NCBI GenBank assembly: GCA_963729605.1
Contig: CAVSNY010000007.1
Coordinates: 1 to 64,000 of the forward strand
Direction of reading: 5' to 3'
DNA length: 64,000 bases
Source of the DNA: an uncultured Gammaproteobacteria bacterium
Lineage (GTDB): Bacteria > Pseudomonadota > Gammaproteobacteria > DRLM01
Below, in pieces: positions 1 through 11,243 of the stretch (the first letter of the stretch is position 1; the number at the start of each line of letters is the position of its first letter). The notes under the pieces were generated by a model. That model had not been told where the DNA came from. It saw only the letters and a program-made list of their open reading frames with translations, and searched no databases. The translations under genes and the position numbers were made by a program.

Positions 1-13
1 GCAAATGAAACCT

Positions 14-565
14 ATGCCTGAATACCGGCGCGCCAATACACAAGGAGGAACTTACTTCTTCACCGTAAACACCTACCGCAGACAATCGGTATTGACTGAA
101 GAAGGTATGCGTCAGGCATTGAGAGCGGGTATACAAAAAACCCGCGAAAGATTTCCCTTTGAAATCCAGGCATGGGTATTATTACCGGACCACCTTCATT
201 GCATCTGGACCTTGCCCGAAGGGGATGCGGATTTTGCCAAGCGCTGGGGAATGATCAAACGGTATGTCAGCCGGACATGTGGCAAGCCATTAACCCGGCC
301 GGAATCGCCGAGCGAATCTCGATTGAAGCGCAAGGAAACCAACTTGTGGCAAAGGCGTTATTGGGAGCATCTAATCCGCGATGAAGTCGATTACCTGAAG
401 CACGTCGATTATATACATTGGAATCCCGTCAAACACGGGCTGGTGAGCAGGGTGTCGGATTGGCCTTATTCAACATTTCACAAATACGCGACAAATGGGG
501 TTTACCCGTTGGATTGGTGTGGCACGTCAGACGAAGATTGGCATAAAGCAGAGTTTGGTGAGTAG
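14..565 (+). mobile_element. rayT: REP-associated tyrosine transposase (RAYT, Y1 HUH family)
   Basis: N-term YRR..GGTYFFTVNT, HUH motif PDHLHCIW, WQRRYWEHLIRDE, catalytic region DYIHWNPVKHGL, DWPYSTF; ATG at 14 (alternative at 5). Confidence 0.93.
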
Positions 566-572
566 TTTGATT

Positions 573-594
573 GGGTGCGTGGGACGCACCCTAC
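573..594 (-). repeat. GTAG-type REP flanking the RAYT
   Basis: Minus strand GTAGGGTGCGTCCCACGCACCC: GTAG followed by the palindrome GGGTGCGT-ccc-ACGCACCC, 7 nt after the RAYT stop. Confidence 0.85.
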
Positions 595-602
595 ATTTAC
601 TA

Positions 603-678
603 ATCGGGGTAAGGGCAGGCCTCTCTCCGGCCCTCTCCCACACCACCTAGCATGCGGGGCCGCTACTCAAGCGGTTGA
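603..678 (-). mobile_element. Group IIC intron 3' end remnant (domains V-VI)
   Basis: Minus strand CAACCGC..GCGGCCCCGCATGCTAGGTGGTGTGGGAGAGGGC...GCCCTTACCCCGAT resembles class C domain V (CGC triad) and the domain VI stem ending in ..CCGAT; no RT ORF is present. Confidence 0.75.
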
Positions 679-691
679 AACAGGGTAATCA

Positions 692-779
692 AGAAAACGG
701 AACAGATTTATTTTTAGGGTGAAATAACGGCCAGCCGCATAAATAAATCTGTCCCGTTTTCTCGTGTCCCGTTTTCTCG
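692..779. repeat. 22-bp inverted repeat element (AAATAAATCTGTCCCGTTTT type)
   Basis: 692-713 agaaaacggaacagatttattt versus 741-762 aaataaatctgtcccgttttct (1 mismatch); tgtcccgttttctcg is tandemly duplicated at 750-779. Confidence 0.75.
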
Positions 780-850
780 AGGTGACTGGGGAACCTGAGA
801 TGTGCTTAGAATTGTGGCTCTATCAATAAATTAAGAAAGGGTAGGGGAGG

Positions 851-1051
851 ATGGGCACGATTGGGGTTGGCCATGATCCAGAGTTGGAGGGTGTGTATGT
901 TTCAGGATTAGCTGCGGCAATCATCTGCGGCGTTATTATCATGTTGCTTTACAGCAGGCGCGGCCCACTGCATGAATTTTCCAACGACCACCCGTGGGCA
1001 GCAATAGCCTTGGTTATCATCGTGCCGCTTATTGTCGGCCTCTTGTTTTGA
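851..1051 (+). CDS. Small hypothetical membrane protein (2 TM)
   Basis: SD GGGGAGG directly upstream; two hydrophobic segments. Confidence 0.5.
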   Translation: MGTIGVGHDPELEGVYVSGLAAAIICGVIIMLLYSRRGPLHEFSNDHPWAAIALVIIVPLIVGLLF

Positions 1052-1073
1052 ATTTACTTATTTCTCCGCTGCT

Positions 1074-1545
1074 TTATTTCTTCCATATCCCGACACTGTA
1101 TTTGTATTCAGCGAGTATGAAGTTTACTTGGCTGGCGGTTGCCCCATCCTGGCCATCTGCCGGGAATAATGCCGCTTGGTATATGCTGCCAAGTGGATGG
1201 TTGTTCAGCCATTCAAAAAATTGCGGTGAATCAGCGATTTCTTGGTAAGTCTGGATGCCAGGCGGCGATAGCGTTGAAGTGATTCTTCTCAATAGATACG
1301 CGAGCATCTTCAGCTTGTCTGCTCAATTGTGGAGGAGGCTGCTGGCGCCTGGCATTATCTTCTTGTTTTTGACGTTCTAAAAAATATCGGTTTCTTTCAA
1401 TCTCTGACTGCATTAACTCTTCTTGCAGCATGAGTTGCCTGCCTTTCATGAAACCCTCAACGGCGCTTTGTATTCCCCTACTGTAGTAATCTGCATAGGA
1501 TGCCGGCGAAAGAAACAAGATGAATAACAGAAGCATTGGTCTCAT
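1074..1545 (-). pseudogene. Frameshifted exported hypothetical protein
   Basis: Signal-peptide ORF 1231..1545 (..AAWHPD) joins ORF 1074..1307 (YQEIADSPQFFEWL..) if one T is removed near 1247 (GAC T TAC CAA). Confidence 0.6.
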
Positions 1546-1678
1546 GGTCGTCCTCCGCGCAGCTTATTCGTAGTCGTCAAATTTCTATTATTCTGTCAGG
1601 TCCGGGTTGACCGCCTTCAAAAATCACCGCTCACTTTCTACGATAAGCTACTTGAATCTTTACATGGCAAAGAAACTA

Positions 1679-2644
1679 TCAAGACACCTTCTCACCCGCC
1701 GCTTGCAGATCGGCGTGATAAGACGAACGCACCATGGGGCCGCTGGCGACGTTGCTGAAACCCATCTCTTCGGCGAGGCGGCCGAGTTCGGCGAATTCTT
1801 CCGGCGGTACGTAGCGCAGTACGGGCAGGTGGTGGCGGCTGGGTTGCAAATATTGGCCGAGGGTGAGCATGTCCACGCCGTGGGCGCGCAGGTCACGCAT
1901 GACCTCGATGATTTCTTCGTTGGTTTCACCGAGGCCGAGCATTAAGCCGGACTTGGAAGGGATGTGCGGGTGCGCGGCTTTGAAGCGCTGCAACAGGGTC
2001 AGCGACCATTGGTAGTCCGAACCCGGGCGGGCTTGTTTGTACAAACGCGGCACGGTTTCGAGATTGTGATTGAAGACATCGGGCAGCGCGGCAGCGAGTT
2101 GTTCCAGCGCGACGTCCATGCGCCCGCGAAAATCGGGCACCAGGATTTCGATTTTGGTGTGCGGCGTGGCGGCGCGGGTGGCGGCGATGCAGGCGCGGAA
2201 GTGATCGGCGCCGCCGTCGCGCAAATCGTCGCGGTCCACCGAGGTGATCACCACGTATTTCAAATTCATCGCGGCGATGGTGCGCGCGAGGTTGATCGGC
2301 TCTTCGCTGTCGAGGGCGTTGGGCCGGCCGTGGGCCACGTCGCAAAAGGGGCAACGCCGCGTGCAGATGTCGCCCATGATCATGAAGGTCGCGGTGCCGT
2401 GGCTGAAGCACTCGCCGAGATTCGGGCAGGACGCCTCTTCGCACACCGTGTGCAAACGGTGTTCGCGCAACACCGATTTCAGGCGCGCCACTTCCGGCGA
2501 GGTCGGCGCCTTGGCGCGTATCCAATTGGGTTTGCGCAGCGCCTGCGTCGTCGGTTCTATCTTGATGGGAATGCGCGCCACTTTGGCGGCGCCGCGTTGG
2601 CGCGGGTCGTGGGGAGCGGCGGGTTTTTGGTCGTCGGTGGACAC
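1679..2644 (-). CDS. lipA: Lipoyl synthase
   Basis: [12 protein letters not shown] and CTRRCPFC clusters, C-terminal RSSYHA. Confidence 0.98.
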   Translation of the reverse strand: MSTDDQKPAAPHDPRQRGAAKVARIPIKIEPTTQALRKPNWIRAKAPTSPEVARLKSVLREHRLHTVCEEASCPNLGECFSHGTATFMIMGDICTRRCPFCDVAHGRPNALDSEEPINLARTIAAMNLKYVVITSVDRDDLRDGGADHFRACIAATRAATPHTKIEILVPDFRGRMDVALEQLAAALPDVFNHNLETVPRLYKQARPGSDYQWSLTLLQRFKAAHPHIPSKSGLMLGLGETNEEIIEVMRDLRAHGVDMLTLGQYLQPSRHHLPVLRYVPPEEFAELGRLAEEMGFSNVASGPMVRSSYHADLQAAGEKVS

Positions 2645-2662
2645 GGATGTTCTCCGGAAAAA

Positions 2663-3331
2663 TTAAAGGCCGGCGGCGCGCGAAATGGCGGCCGGCGCGG
2701 TCGTTTCAGTTGCGCGCAGTGTAACACCCAGCCCGCGCGCCAAGTGAACGCTGAGTCCTTGCGCCACCGCCGCGATCTCCACCGGGCCCGTCAGCGCGCT
2801 GAGCTGGGTGACCCGCAAATCCGGGTAGCCGCAGGGATTGATGCGCGCGAAGGGCTCCAAATCCATGGCGACGTTGAGACTCAGGCCGTGATAACTACAA
2901 CCGCGCCGCACCCGCAGGCCGAGGGCGGCGATCTTGGCGCCGTCCACGTAGACTCCAGGCGCGTCGCGCCGGCCGACCGCGGTTATTCCATAATCGCCGA
3001 GCAGATCGATCACCGCCTGTTCCAAGCTGGTGACCAAGTGCCGCACGCCCAGCTTCAAGCGTCGCAGGTCGAGCAAGGGATAGATCACCAATTGGCCGGG
3101 GCCGTGATAGGTCACCTGGCCGCCGCGATCGATGTGCACCACCGGAATATCGCCGGGGGCGAGCAGGTGTTCCGGCTTGCCGTTGAGGCCCACGGTGAAG
3201 ACCGGCGGATGCTCGACCAACCACAACTCATCGCCGCTGTCGGCGTCGCGCCGCTCGGTGTATTCCTGCATGGCGCGCCACACCGGTTGGTAATCCCGCA
3301 CTCCGAGTCGGCGGACCGTGAGGGTATTCAT
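2663..3331 (-). CDS. lipB: Octanoyltransferase
   Basis: [31 protein letters not shown]. Confidence 0.97.
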   Translation of the reverse strand: MNTLTVRRLGVRDYQPVWRAMQEYTERRDADSGDELWLVEHPPVFTVGLNGKPEHLLAPGDIPVVHIDRGGQVTYHGPGQLVIYPLLDLRRLKLGVRHLVTSLEQAVIDLLGDYGITAVGRRDAPGVYVDGAKIAALGLRVRRGCSYHGLSLNVAMDLEPFARINPCGYPDLRVTQLSALTGPVEIAAVAQGLSVHLARGLGVTLRATETTAPAAISRAAGL

Positions 3332-3600
3332 CAGAAGGCCATCAACACCTGTTCGGCGGCGACCAGGTCGTGATAAATCGCGTCGAGCTGGGCGCGGCTG
3401 CTGGCTTGTATGGTGACGGTGACCGCCAGATATTTTCCGCCCGAACTGGCGCGGGTGGTCACCGCGCCCTCGGCGATATCGCCGGCGTGGCGGCGGACGA
3501 TGCCCACCACCAGCGCGTCGAAATGTTCGCTGGCGAGGCCCATGGCCTTGATGGGAAATTCGCAGGGAAACGTGAGCGGCGATTCTTCCGGGGTCTGCAT
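3331..3600 (-). CDS. ybeD: YbeD/DUF493 family protein
   Basis: [17 protein letters not shown]; conserved position upstream of lipB. Confidence 0.92.
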   Translation of the reverse strand: MQTPEESPLTFPCEFPIKAMGLASEHFDALVVGIVRRHAGDIAEGAVTTRASSGGKYLAVTVTIQASSRAQLDAIYHDLVAAEQVLMAF

Positions 3601-3665
3601 GGCAATGCTACTCGGCTGTGCAAAGGGCTTGAGAGGTTAGCGGCCGAACGCGGGCCGGCCGCACT

Positions 3666-4538
3666 TCATATTACCGCGACGTCTTCGCCGCGCTCGCGCA
3701 CTTGCTGTTTATAGAATTGATAAAGACCCATCATGCGCCGCCACAGCGGGCCGGGTTTGCCGTTACCCACCGGCCGCTGATCCAAACGGGTGACCGGCAG
3801 GATCTCGCGCGTCGAACTGGTGAGCCAGACCTCATCGGCGTGGCGCAAGGCGCCGGCGGTGAAGCTGCTTTCCTCATAGGGAATAGTGTGGGCGGCGGCC
3901 AATTCGAGGATCAAATCACGGGTGATGCCGGGCAGCAGGTACGGTCCCTTGGCCGGCGTCACCAGCACGTCGCCGCGCACCATGAAGACGTTGCTGGCCG
4001 CGCCCTCGGTGATCACGCCGTCGCGGATCAGAATGGCCTCCACCGCGCCGGCGTCGACGGCCTGCTGGCGCAACAAAATATTCGGCAGCAGGGTGATGGC
4101 CTTGATGTCGCAGCGCTGCCAGCGGTTGTCGTCGAGGGTGATGGCGGCGACGCCGTTTTCGGCCAGATCGGCGGGCAGCGGTTTGAGCGGGCTGCTGGTG
4201 GCGTACACCGTGGGCCGCACCTGTTTGGGAAAGGCGTGGTCGCGCGGCGCCGGGCCGCGGGTGACCTGTACGTACACCGACTGGTCGCCGCCGCCGTTGC
4301 GCGCCACCAGATTTTGCAACACGTCGCGCCACTGCGCGCCGCTGAGCGGATTGGCGAGGCGGATCTCCGCCAGGCTGCGGGCCAGCCGCACCAAATGCTG
4401 CTCCAGGCGGAACAGGTGCGCGCCGTAGACCGGAATGACCTCGTACACGCCGTCGCCGAATACGAAGCCGCGATCGGTCACCGGCACCCGGGCCTGTTCG
4501 AGGGGGAGATAATCACCGTTCAAATATACCGTCGTCAT
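3666..4538 (-). CDS. dat: D-amino acid aminotransferase (class IV PLP)
   Basis: DRGFVFGDGVYEV, RCDIK, EGAASN, LPGITR. Confidence 0.9.
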   Translation of the reverse strand: MTTVYLNGDYLPLEQARVPVTDRGFVFGDGVYEVIPVYGAHLFRLEQHLVRLARSLAEIRLANPLSGAQWRDVLQNLVARNGGGDQSVYVQVTRGPAPRDHAFPKQVRPTVYATSSPLKPLPADLAENGVAAITLDDNRWQRCDIKAITLLPNILLRQQAVDAGAVEAILIRDGVITEGAASNVFMVRGDVLVTPAKGPYLLPGITRDLILELAAAHTIPYEESSFTAGALRHADEVWLTSSTREILPVTRLDQRPVGNGKPGPLWRRMMGLYQFYKQQVRERGEDVAVI

Positions 4539-4554
4539 GGGAAACCGGCCCTTG

Positions 4555-5718
4555 TTATTGCATCCAAAGCCGCACCGCGTCCATCGCGCGTTGCAGCATG
4601 CCGCCCTCGGCCACCTCGCTGAGCGCCACCAGCGGCCGCTCCGCCAAGACCTCGCCTTGCAGGCTGATGTTCAACATACCATAACGAGTCCCCTTGGCCG
4701 CGGGCGCCATGATGGGATCGTTCACCCGCATCTCCGCCTTGAGTTGTTTGTAGGTCCCGCGCGGAATGGTGAGATATAAATCCTGCTGCAAACCCAGCGG
4801 CAGGTTTTCGGTCGCGCCCTTCCAAATCCGCGCGGTGGACAGCGGCTGCGCGGCGCGATAAAGACGATGGGTCTCGAAGAAACGGAAACCGTAGCCCAAT
4901 AATTTATCGCTCTCGTGGGCGCGCTCATTTTCGCCGGCGGCGCCCAGTACCACCGAGATCAGCCGCATGCCGTCCTGCTGGGCCGAGGCCACCAGGCAAA
5001 AACCCGCCGACTCGGTGTGGCCGGTCTTCACCCCGTCGACGTTCTTATTGCGCCACAGCAGCCGATTGCGATTGTGCTGGGTGATACCGTTGTAAGTGAA
5101 TTCGCGGATGGCGTGCCACTGGTATTCTTCGGGAAAATCGCGGATCAAGGCCCGCGTCAAGATCGCCATATCCCGCGCGGTGGTGTAATGCTCGGGATGG
5201 GGCAGACCGGTGGCATTGACGAAATGGCTGCGGGTCATGCCCAGCGCCTTGGCCTGCTGGTTCATCAGCGAGGCGAACACCGCCTCATCGCCGGCCAGAT
5301 GTTCCGCGAGGGCGACCGAGGCGTCATTGCCCGATTGCACGATCACGCCTTTCAACAGAATTTCCACCGGTACTTGCGTGCCCACCCGCATGAAGGAACG
5401 CGAACCTTCCATGCGCCAGGCGCGTTCGCTGATGGTGACCATGTCGTCAAGCTTGACCCGACCCGCCTCGATTTCCTTGGAAACCAGATAGGTCGTCATG
5501 ATCTTGGTGAGGCTGGCGGGCTCCATGCGCTCGTCGGCCTTGGACTCGGCGAGCACCCGCCCGCTTTGGTAATCCATCAGGATATAACCGCGGGCGGCCA
5601 CCTCGGGTGGCGGCGGCACGGTCGCCGCCACGGCGAATGGCTGGGACCACATTAAGAGCGCGGCGAACAGCGCCTTCACGATGAAACTAGACCCGGGTTT
5701 CACAACACACCATTTCAT
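4555..5718 (-). CDS. dacA: D-alanyl-D-alanine carboxypeptidase (PBP5/6)
   Basis: SLTK, SGN and KTG motifs. Confidence 0.93.
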   Translation of the reverse strand: MKWCVVKPGSSFIVKALFAALLMWSQPFAVAATVPPPPEVAARGYILMDYQSGRVLAESKADERMEPASLTKIMTTYLVSKEIEAGRVKLDDMVTISERAWRMEGSRSFMRVGTQVPVEILLKGVIVQSGNDASVALAEHLAGDEAVFASLMNQQAKALGMTRSHFVNATGLPHPEHYTTARDMAILTRALIRDFPEEYQWHAIREFTYNGITQHNRNRLLWRNKNVDGVKTGHTESAGFCLVASAQQDGMRLISVVLGAAGENERAHESDKLLGYGFRFFETHRLYRAAQPLSTARIWKGATENLPLGLQQDLYLTIPRGTYKQLKAEMRVNDPIMAPAAKGTRYGMLNISLQGEVLAERPLVALSEVAEGGMLQRAMDAVRLWMQ

Positions 5719-5853
5719 TTTGAGATTTCATCCATCACTGTGGCCCGCGGGGCGGGAAGCTTGCTGACTGGGATTAGGCGAGATTTTGAGGCGAAAAGTT
5801 CGGCTTATTCTAACCCGCATCGACGGCGATTGCAGCCATCGCACGCGCGCCGC

Positions 5854-6711
5854 TCAATCGATCACCACATGGCTGTCGTTCACCCCCAACCCGACCAGCT
5901 GGCGGGTCACTCGGTCCACTTCGTCCATGCTGGCCAGTGGCCCGAGCCGCACCCGGTAACGCGGACGATCCCCGCTCTCTTCGCGAACCTGCACCGCGCC
6001 GGGAGGCGCCGCCGAGGCGATGCGCTGCGACAAACGCTCGGCGTTGGCCCGTTCGGCGAAGGCGCCCACTTGCAGATAAATATCCGGCGACGGGTTGGAT
6101 GCCGGCGCCGCGGCGACGGGTTCGTCGGGCGTCACCACCTTCACCTCCACCAGACCCGTGCCCTGGGCGACGATGCCCAGCTTGAGCGCCGCGACGTAGG
6201 ACAAATCGATCACCCGATTATGGCGGAAGGGGCCGCGGTCGTTGACCTTGACCACCACCTTGCGCCCGTTGCGCAGATTGGTGACTTGCACGTAGCTGGG
6301 CAGCGGCAGGGTGGGGTGGGCCGCGGTCATGGCGTACATATCGTAAGGCTCGCCGCTGGAGGTGCGGCGGCCGTGGAACTTGGCGCCGTACCAGGAGGCG
6401 ATACCCTGTACCTTGTAACCCTCGGCGCTCGCCAGCACGGTGTAACGGCGGCCTTCCACTACGTAAGAAGCCGGATTGCCGTACCGGCTGCGCGGTTCGT
6501 TGCGCGGCACGGCGTCGGCGATGATGTCCGGATTTAAATCCTTCGGTACACCGGCCGCGGGCAGGCCGTCGCCCGAGGTATCCAAGATATCGACGGCGGA
6601 ATCGCCGGTCTTGGGCAGGGTGCTGCACGCGTTCAACAAAGGCAACAGCAGGGCCGCCAATACCAGTGCGCGCGGCGGCGTCAAACAAGTGGATCGCATC
6701 TTAATGGACAT
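5854..6711 (-). CDS. rlpA: Septal lytic transglycosylase RlpA (DPBB + SPOR)
   Basis: Lipobox LNAC, GIASWYG, VNDRGPF, SPOR QVGAF. Confidence 0.95.
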   Translation of the reverse strand: MSIKMRSTCLTPPRALVLAALLLPLLNACSTLPKTGDSAVDILDTSGDGLPAAGVPKDLNPDIIADAVPRNEPRSRYGNPASYVVEGRRYTVLASAEGYKVQGIASWYGAKFHGRRTSSGEPYDMYAMTAAHPTLPLPSYVQVTNLRNGRKVVVKVNDRGPFRHNRVIDLSYVAALKLGIVAQGTGLVEVKVVTPDEPVAAAPASNPSPDIYLQVGAFAERANAERLSQRIASAAPPGAVQVREESGDRPRYRVRLGPLASMDEVDRVTRQLVGLGVNDSHVVID

Positions 6712-6719
6712 CTCTGGGG

Positions 6720-7733
6720 TTACTTCGCTTCCTGGCCGGCAAGCTGGCGCTCGCGCAACCGGCGGATCTCTTCGCTCAACTGATAAACCGCCATGGCGTA
6801 TAAAGGACTGCGATTATAACGGGTGATCACATAAAAATTTTGCGGGGCCACCCAGTACTCGGGCCCGGCCTCCTGTTCGAGGGCGATGAGGGCCACGGGG
6901 AGTTGATCGATCAGCGTCACCGGGGTCTCCACGCCGCGCCGTTTCATTTCCTCCCAGGTTAGCGACGGTTTCAGCCCCGCCTCCAGCAAGGCCGGATATT
7001 GATCGCCGCTCACCGTGGCCGGCACCGCCACCAGCCCGTTCCATTCCCAGCCATGCACCTTGAAATAATTGGCGATGCTGCCGATGGCGTCGCTGGGGTT
7101 ATTCCACAAATCCCGCTTGCCGTCGCCGTCGAAGTCCACGGCATAATTGCGAAAGCTGCTGGAAATGAATTGCGCCTGGCCCATCGCCCCGGCATACGAG
7201 CCTTTCAGCGCGAGCGGATCGATGCCCTCCTCGCGGGTGAGCAACAGATACTGCTCCAGCTCGCTACGAAAAAATTTCGCGCGCGGCGGATAATCGAAGG
7301 CCAGGGTGGTGAGCGCGTCCAGCACCCGGTAGTTGCCTTGCTGGCGGCCGTAGCGGGTCTCCACGCCGAGGATGGCGACGACGATGTGCGGCGGCACGCC
7401 GTATTTTTCCTCGGCGCGTTTCAGATCCGCGGCGTGTTCCCGCCAAAATTCCACTCCGCCTTCGATGCGGCTGTTTTGCAGAAAAATCGGCCGGTATTGA
7501 TGCCAGGGCTTGCCCTCGGCGGGACGGGAAATGGCGGCGATGATGTCGTCGCGCAGGCGCACCTCTTTGAACCAGGCCTCCAGTTGGCCGCGATCAAAAC
7601 CGTGGCGCTGCTGCATCTCGGCGATGAAGGCGCCGACATCGTCGCGTTTCACGTATTCGGCGCCGACCGGCGCGCCCGCGCAGGCGGCCAGCGACAAAGA
7701 CAACAATAATAAATTTACCCAACGAGGAATCAT
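6720..7733 (-). CDS. mltB: Lytic murein transglycosylase B
   Basis: Lipobox LAAC, GVETRYG, GSYAGAMG, YNRSPLYA. Confidence 0.95.
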   Translation of the reverse strand: MIPRWVNLLLLSLSLAACAGAPVGAEYVKRDDVGAFIAEMQQRHGFDRGQLEAWFKEVRLRDDIIAAISRPAEGKPWHQYRPIFLQNSRIEGGVEFWREHAADLKRAEEKYGVPPHIVVAILGVETRYGRQQGNYRVLDALTTLAFDYPPRAKFFRSELEQYLLLTREEGIDPLALKGSYAGAMGQAQFISSSFRNYAVDFDGDGKRDLWNNPSDAIGSIANYFKVHGWEWNGLVAVPATVSGDQYPALLEAGLKPSLTWEEMKRRGVETPVTLIDQLPVALIALEQEAGPEYWVAPQNFYVITRYNRSPLYAMAVYQLSEEIRRLRERQLAGQEAK

Positions 7734-7749
7734 AAAATCACGCCTAGGC

Positions 7750-8889
7750 TTAACCGGACAATAAACGCCGGTGTGTATGGATGGACATCAGGATACCGAA
7801 TCCGGCCATCAGGGTCACCAGAGAAGTACCGCCGTAACTCACCAAGGGCAAGGGCACACCCACCACCGGCAACAGGCCGGTGACCATGCCGATGTTGACG
7901 AAGACGTAAACAAAAAAGGTGAGGGTGATGCTGCCCGCCACCAGCCGGGTGTAGGTGCTTTGCGCCTGAGTGGCGATGTACAGTCCGCGGGCGATGATGA
8001 AGAAGTAGATCAGCAACAGGACCAGAATGCCGATCAAACCGAACTCTTCGCCCAGCACCGCGAAAATGAAATCGGTGGAGCGTTCCGGCAGAAAATCCAG
8101 ATGGGCCTGAGTGCCGTTGAGCCAGCCCTTGCCGTAAAAACCGCCGGAACCGATGGCGATCTTGGATTGAATGATGTGATAACCCGAACCCAGCGGATCG
8201 TGTTCGGGATTCAAAAAGGTGATGACCCGCTCGCGCTGGTAGTCGCGCAGGAAATACCAAAACACCGGCGCCGCCGCCGCCAGCAGGGCCAGCACCGCGA
8301 AGACCAGCCGCCACGCCACGCCGGCCAGCAACAACACGAATATGCCGGAACTCGCCACCAGCAAGCCCGTGCCCAGATCCGGCTGACGGGCGATCAGCAA
8401 GGTGGGCACCACCAGGGTGAGCGCGGCGATCAGCACGATTTTGGGCGCCGGCGGCAAGGGGCGTTCCGCCATATACCAGGCCACCATTAGCGGCACCGCG
8501 AGCTTCATGATCTCGGAGGGCTGAAAACGGATCACCCCCAGATCCAGCCAGCGCTGCGCGCCTTTGCCGATCTCGCCCATGACCAGCACCGCCAACAATA
8601 AAATCACCCCGAGGCCGTATATCGACGGGGTCCAGCGCTGGAAGTGATGGGGCGGAATATGCGCCAGCACCAGCATGGCGCCGAAACCCAACCCCAAGCG
8701 GATCAATTGCCGCATGAGCATATCGTCGCTCTGCGCGCTGGCGCTGTACAACACGGTCAAGCCCACCGCGGCCAGCACCAGCAGACCGGCCAGCAGCGGG
8801 ATGTCCACATGCAGGCCGCGCAGCCAGAGGGTGCGCCGGTGCCGCCGGTCCGCCAAACGGGTGAGTGAATAATCGGTGGCCATCTTCAT
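7750..8889 (-). CDS. rodA: Rod shape-determining protein RodA (SEDS)
   Basis: [31 protein letters not shown]. Confidence 0.97.
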   Translation of the reverse strand: MKMATDYSLTRLADRRHRRTLWLRGLHVDIPLLAGLLVLAAVGLTVLYSASAQSDDMLMRQLIRLGLGFGAMLVLAHIPPHHFQRWTPSIYGLGVILLLAVLVMGEIGKGAQRWLDLGVIRFQPSEIMKLAVPLMVAWYMAERPLPPAPKIVLIAALTLVVPTLLIARQPDLGTGLLVASSGIFVLLLAGVAWRLVFAVLALLAAAAPVFWYFLRDYQRERVITFLNPEHDPLGSGYHIIQSKIAIGSGGFYGKGWLNGTQAHLDFLPERSTDFIFAVLGEEFGLIGILVLLLIYFFIIARGLYIATQAQSTYTRLVAGSITLTFFVYVFVNIGMVTGLLPVVGVPLPLVSYGGTSLVTLMAGFGILMSIHTHRRLLSG

Positions 8890-10739
8890 GACCCCGGTTT
8901 ATTGACGAAGTAACGATCCATCACGGCGCGCGCCACCGGCGCCGCCTCGCCGCTGCCGCTGCCGCCGTTTTCCACTATCACCACCACCGCGATCTCCGGG
9001 TTTTCCACCGGCGCGAATGCGACGAACAAGGCATGGTCGTGTAAGCGTTCGGCCAATTCGCTGGCTTTATATTTTTCGCCTTGCTTGATGCCGAACACCT
9101 GCGCGGTGCCGGTCTTGCCCGCCATATGATAAGTGATGCCGCGATTGATGCCCTTGGCGGTGCCGTCCGGATCGTGCACCACGCCTTCCATGGCGGAGAT
9201 CACCGTATTCCAATTGGCGCCGTCGGAAATCGGCACCTTGCCGGTCCGCACCGGCGGCTGCACCAGCAAGCGACTGTTGCTGGTCGGCTGAACGGCGTGG
9301 AGAAGACGCGGCCGCCACACCTCGCCGCGGTTGGCCAGCATCGCGGTGGCCGCCGCCAATTGGATGGGCGTGGTCAACATAAAGCCCTGGCCGATGCCGG
9401 TGATGAGGGTCTCGCCGGGATACCAGGCCTGGTTCCGCGCCGCGCGTTTCCAGTCCCGCGACGGCAGCAGGCCGGCGACTTCGCCGGGCAGATCGATCTC
9501 GGTGCGGCGGCCCAGACCGAAATAACCCAGGTATTTTTGCATGCGGTCGATGCCGAGGGTGCGGGCCAGGTCGTAAAAATATACGTCGCAGGAACGCATG
9601 ATCGCCATGCGCACATCGACGTTGCCGTGGCCCTCCTTTTTCCAATCGCGGTAACGGTGCGAGTCGCCGGGCAGGGAAAACCAGCCGGGACAGAAGGTGC
9701 CGGTGCGCGGCGTGATTTCCTTGTATTCCAAACCTGCCAAGGCCACCAGCGGCTTGATCGTCGAACCGGGCGGGTACTGGCCGGTGACGATGCGATTGAA
9801 CAAGGGTTGATTGAGCGACTGCCGTAGCGTGTCATAGTCTCTGGTCGAGATGCCGTTGACGAAGGAGCCGGGGTCGTAACCCGGCAGGCTGGCCGCCACC
9901 AGCACTTCGCCGTTTTTAGGATTGATCGCCACCACCGCGCCGCGTTTGCCGGTGAGCGCCAGCTCCGCCACCCTCTGCAAATCGACGTCGAGACTGAGGT
10001 AGAGATTCTGACCGGGGGTCGGCAAGCGCCGCTCCAAGACCCGCAGCACCCGGCCCACCGCGTTGGTCTCTTCATGCTGGTAACCCACCTGGCCGTGCAG
10101 GATATCTTCGTAATATTTTTCCACGCCGGTTTTGCCGGTGTGAGTAGTGCCCCGGTAATTCGAAACGTCCAGCACTTTCAAATCCGCTTCGTTGATGCGG
10201 CCCACGTAACCCACCGCGTGCACCGCCAATTCGCCGAGGGGATAATCGCGGGTCAGCCGCGCGCCGACGTCCACGCCGGGAAAACGATGGCGATTGACCG
10301 CGAAGCGCGCCACTTCTTCCTCGCTCAGCCGCAGGCGCAGGGGAATCGCCTCAAAGGGGTGGCGTTGATCGAGACGCTTTTTGAATTGATCGAGGTCGTT
10401 TTCGCCGATAGCGATGAGCTGCGCCAGGGCGGCGAGGGTCTGGTCCAGATTCTTCACTTGCTCGGGGATCACTTCCAGACTGAAGGCGGGCAGGTTCTGC
10501 GCCAGCAACACCCCGTTGCGGTCGTAGATCAGGCCGCGGGTGGGCGGCATGGGCACGATGTTGACGCGGTTGTTTTCCGAGAGGGTGGAGAAGTGTTCGT
10601 GGCTGATGATCTGCAAATAGATCAGCCGGGTCACCACCACCAGCAGCAACACCCCGACCATCACCAGCGCCACCAAGGCCCGGCTGGTGAATAAATGGGT
10701 TTCCCGCAAATGATCTTTTAAGGGCGTGCGTGGGGCCAT
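8886..10739 (-). CDS. mrdA: Penicillin-binding protein 2
   Basis: STIK, SCD and KTGTAQ motifs; N-terminal TM; [11 protein letters not shown]. Confidence 0.97.
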   Translation of the reverse strand: MAPRTPLKDHLRETHLFTSRALVALVMVGVLLLVVVTRLIYLQIISHEHFSTLSENNRVNIVPMPPTRGLIYDRNGVLLAQNLPAFSLEVIPEQVKNLDQTLAALAQLIAIGENDLDQFKKRLDQRHPFEAIPLRLRLSEEEVARFAVNRHRFPGVDVGARLTRDYPLGELAVHAVGYVGRINEADLKVLDVSNYRGTTHTGKTGVEKYYEDILHGQVGYQHEETNAVGRVLRVLERRLPTPGQNLYLSLDVDLQRVAELALTGKRGAVVAINPKNGEVLVAASLPGYDPGSFVNGISTRDYDTLRQSLNQPLFNRIVTGQYPPGSTIKPLVALAGLEYKEITPRTGTFCPGWFSLPGDSHRYRDWKKEGHGNVDVRMAIMRSCDVYFYDLARTLGIDRMQKYLGYFGLGRRTEIDLPGEVAGLLPSRDWKRAARNQAWYPGETLITGIGQGFMLTTPIQLAAATAMLANRGEVWRPRLLHAVQPTSNSRLLVQPPVRTGKVPISDGANWNTVISAMEGVVHDPDGTAKGINRGITYHMAGKTGTAQVFGIKQGEKYKASELAERLHDHALFVAFAPVENPEIAVVVIVENGGSGSGEAAPVARAVMDRYFVNKPGS

Positions 10740-10752
10740 GGGGCGGGAGCGG

Positions 10753-11241
10753 TCAACTCACCCGGAAACGGCGGCGCAAGCGGCGCAACAACAAAAACGT
10801 CCATGGCCACAACAGACCGCTGACGATGCTGGGCAACCAGTAAGTCCAGCTCTCGCGCGCCATTCCGATCATGCCTTGCACCCATAACACCAACAATTGC
10901 TCCAGGGCCACGAACACCATCACGCTCAAGGCCTGCTGCCATATCGGGAAGACCCGCAGACGCTGATGGAGTTTCACGACCAGATAGGCGATCACCGCGA
11001 AACCCAGGGCGTGCTGGCCGAGCAGGGCCCCGCTCAATACGTCCACGCACAGGCCGACCAGCCAGCCGTAACCGACGTTGACCCGGTGCGGCAAGGCCAG
11101 GCACCAGTAGATCAGCACCAGGACCGTCCACTCGGGGCGGAAAGGCGCGGCCCACCCCGGCATGACCACCATGCTGAGCAGGAGGGCGGCCACGAAACTC
11201 GCCACGATGATCCAGCCGCTATGATGCCGTCGACTCGCCAT
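10753..11241 (-). CDS. mreD: Rod shape-determining protein MreD
   Basis: Hydrophobic; RPEW..LIYW, LLGQHAL; synteny. Confidence 0.95.
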   Translation of the reverse strand: MASRRHHSGWIIVASFVAALLLSMVVMPGWAAPFRPEWTVLVLIYWCLALPHRVNVGYGWLVGLCVDVLSGALLGQHALGFAVIAYLVVKLHQRLRVFPIWQQALSVMVFVALEQLLVLWVQGMIGMARESWTYWLPSIVSGLLWPWTFLLLRRLRRRFRVS

Positions 11242-11243
11242 GC

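Noticed and set aside
1964-3373. Long antisense or alternate-frame ORFs (also 18299..20011, 25614..27923, 44992..46614, 61018..62343 and many more)
   Set aside because: They are shadows of real high-GC genes on the opposite strand and have no recognisable motifs.
3666-4538. D-amino acid aminotransferase inside the mrd-dac-lip cluster
   Set aside because: This arrangement is common in beta- and gammaproteobacteria.
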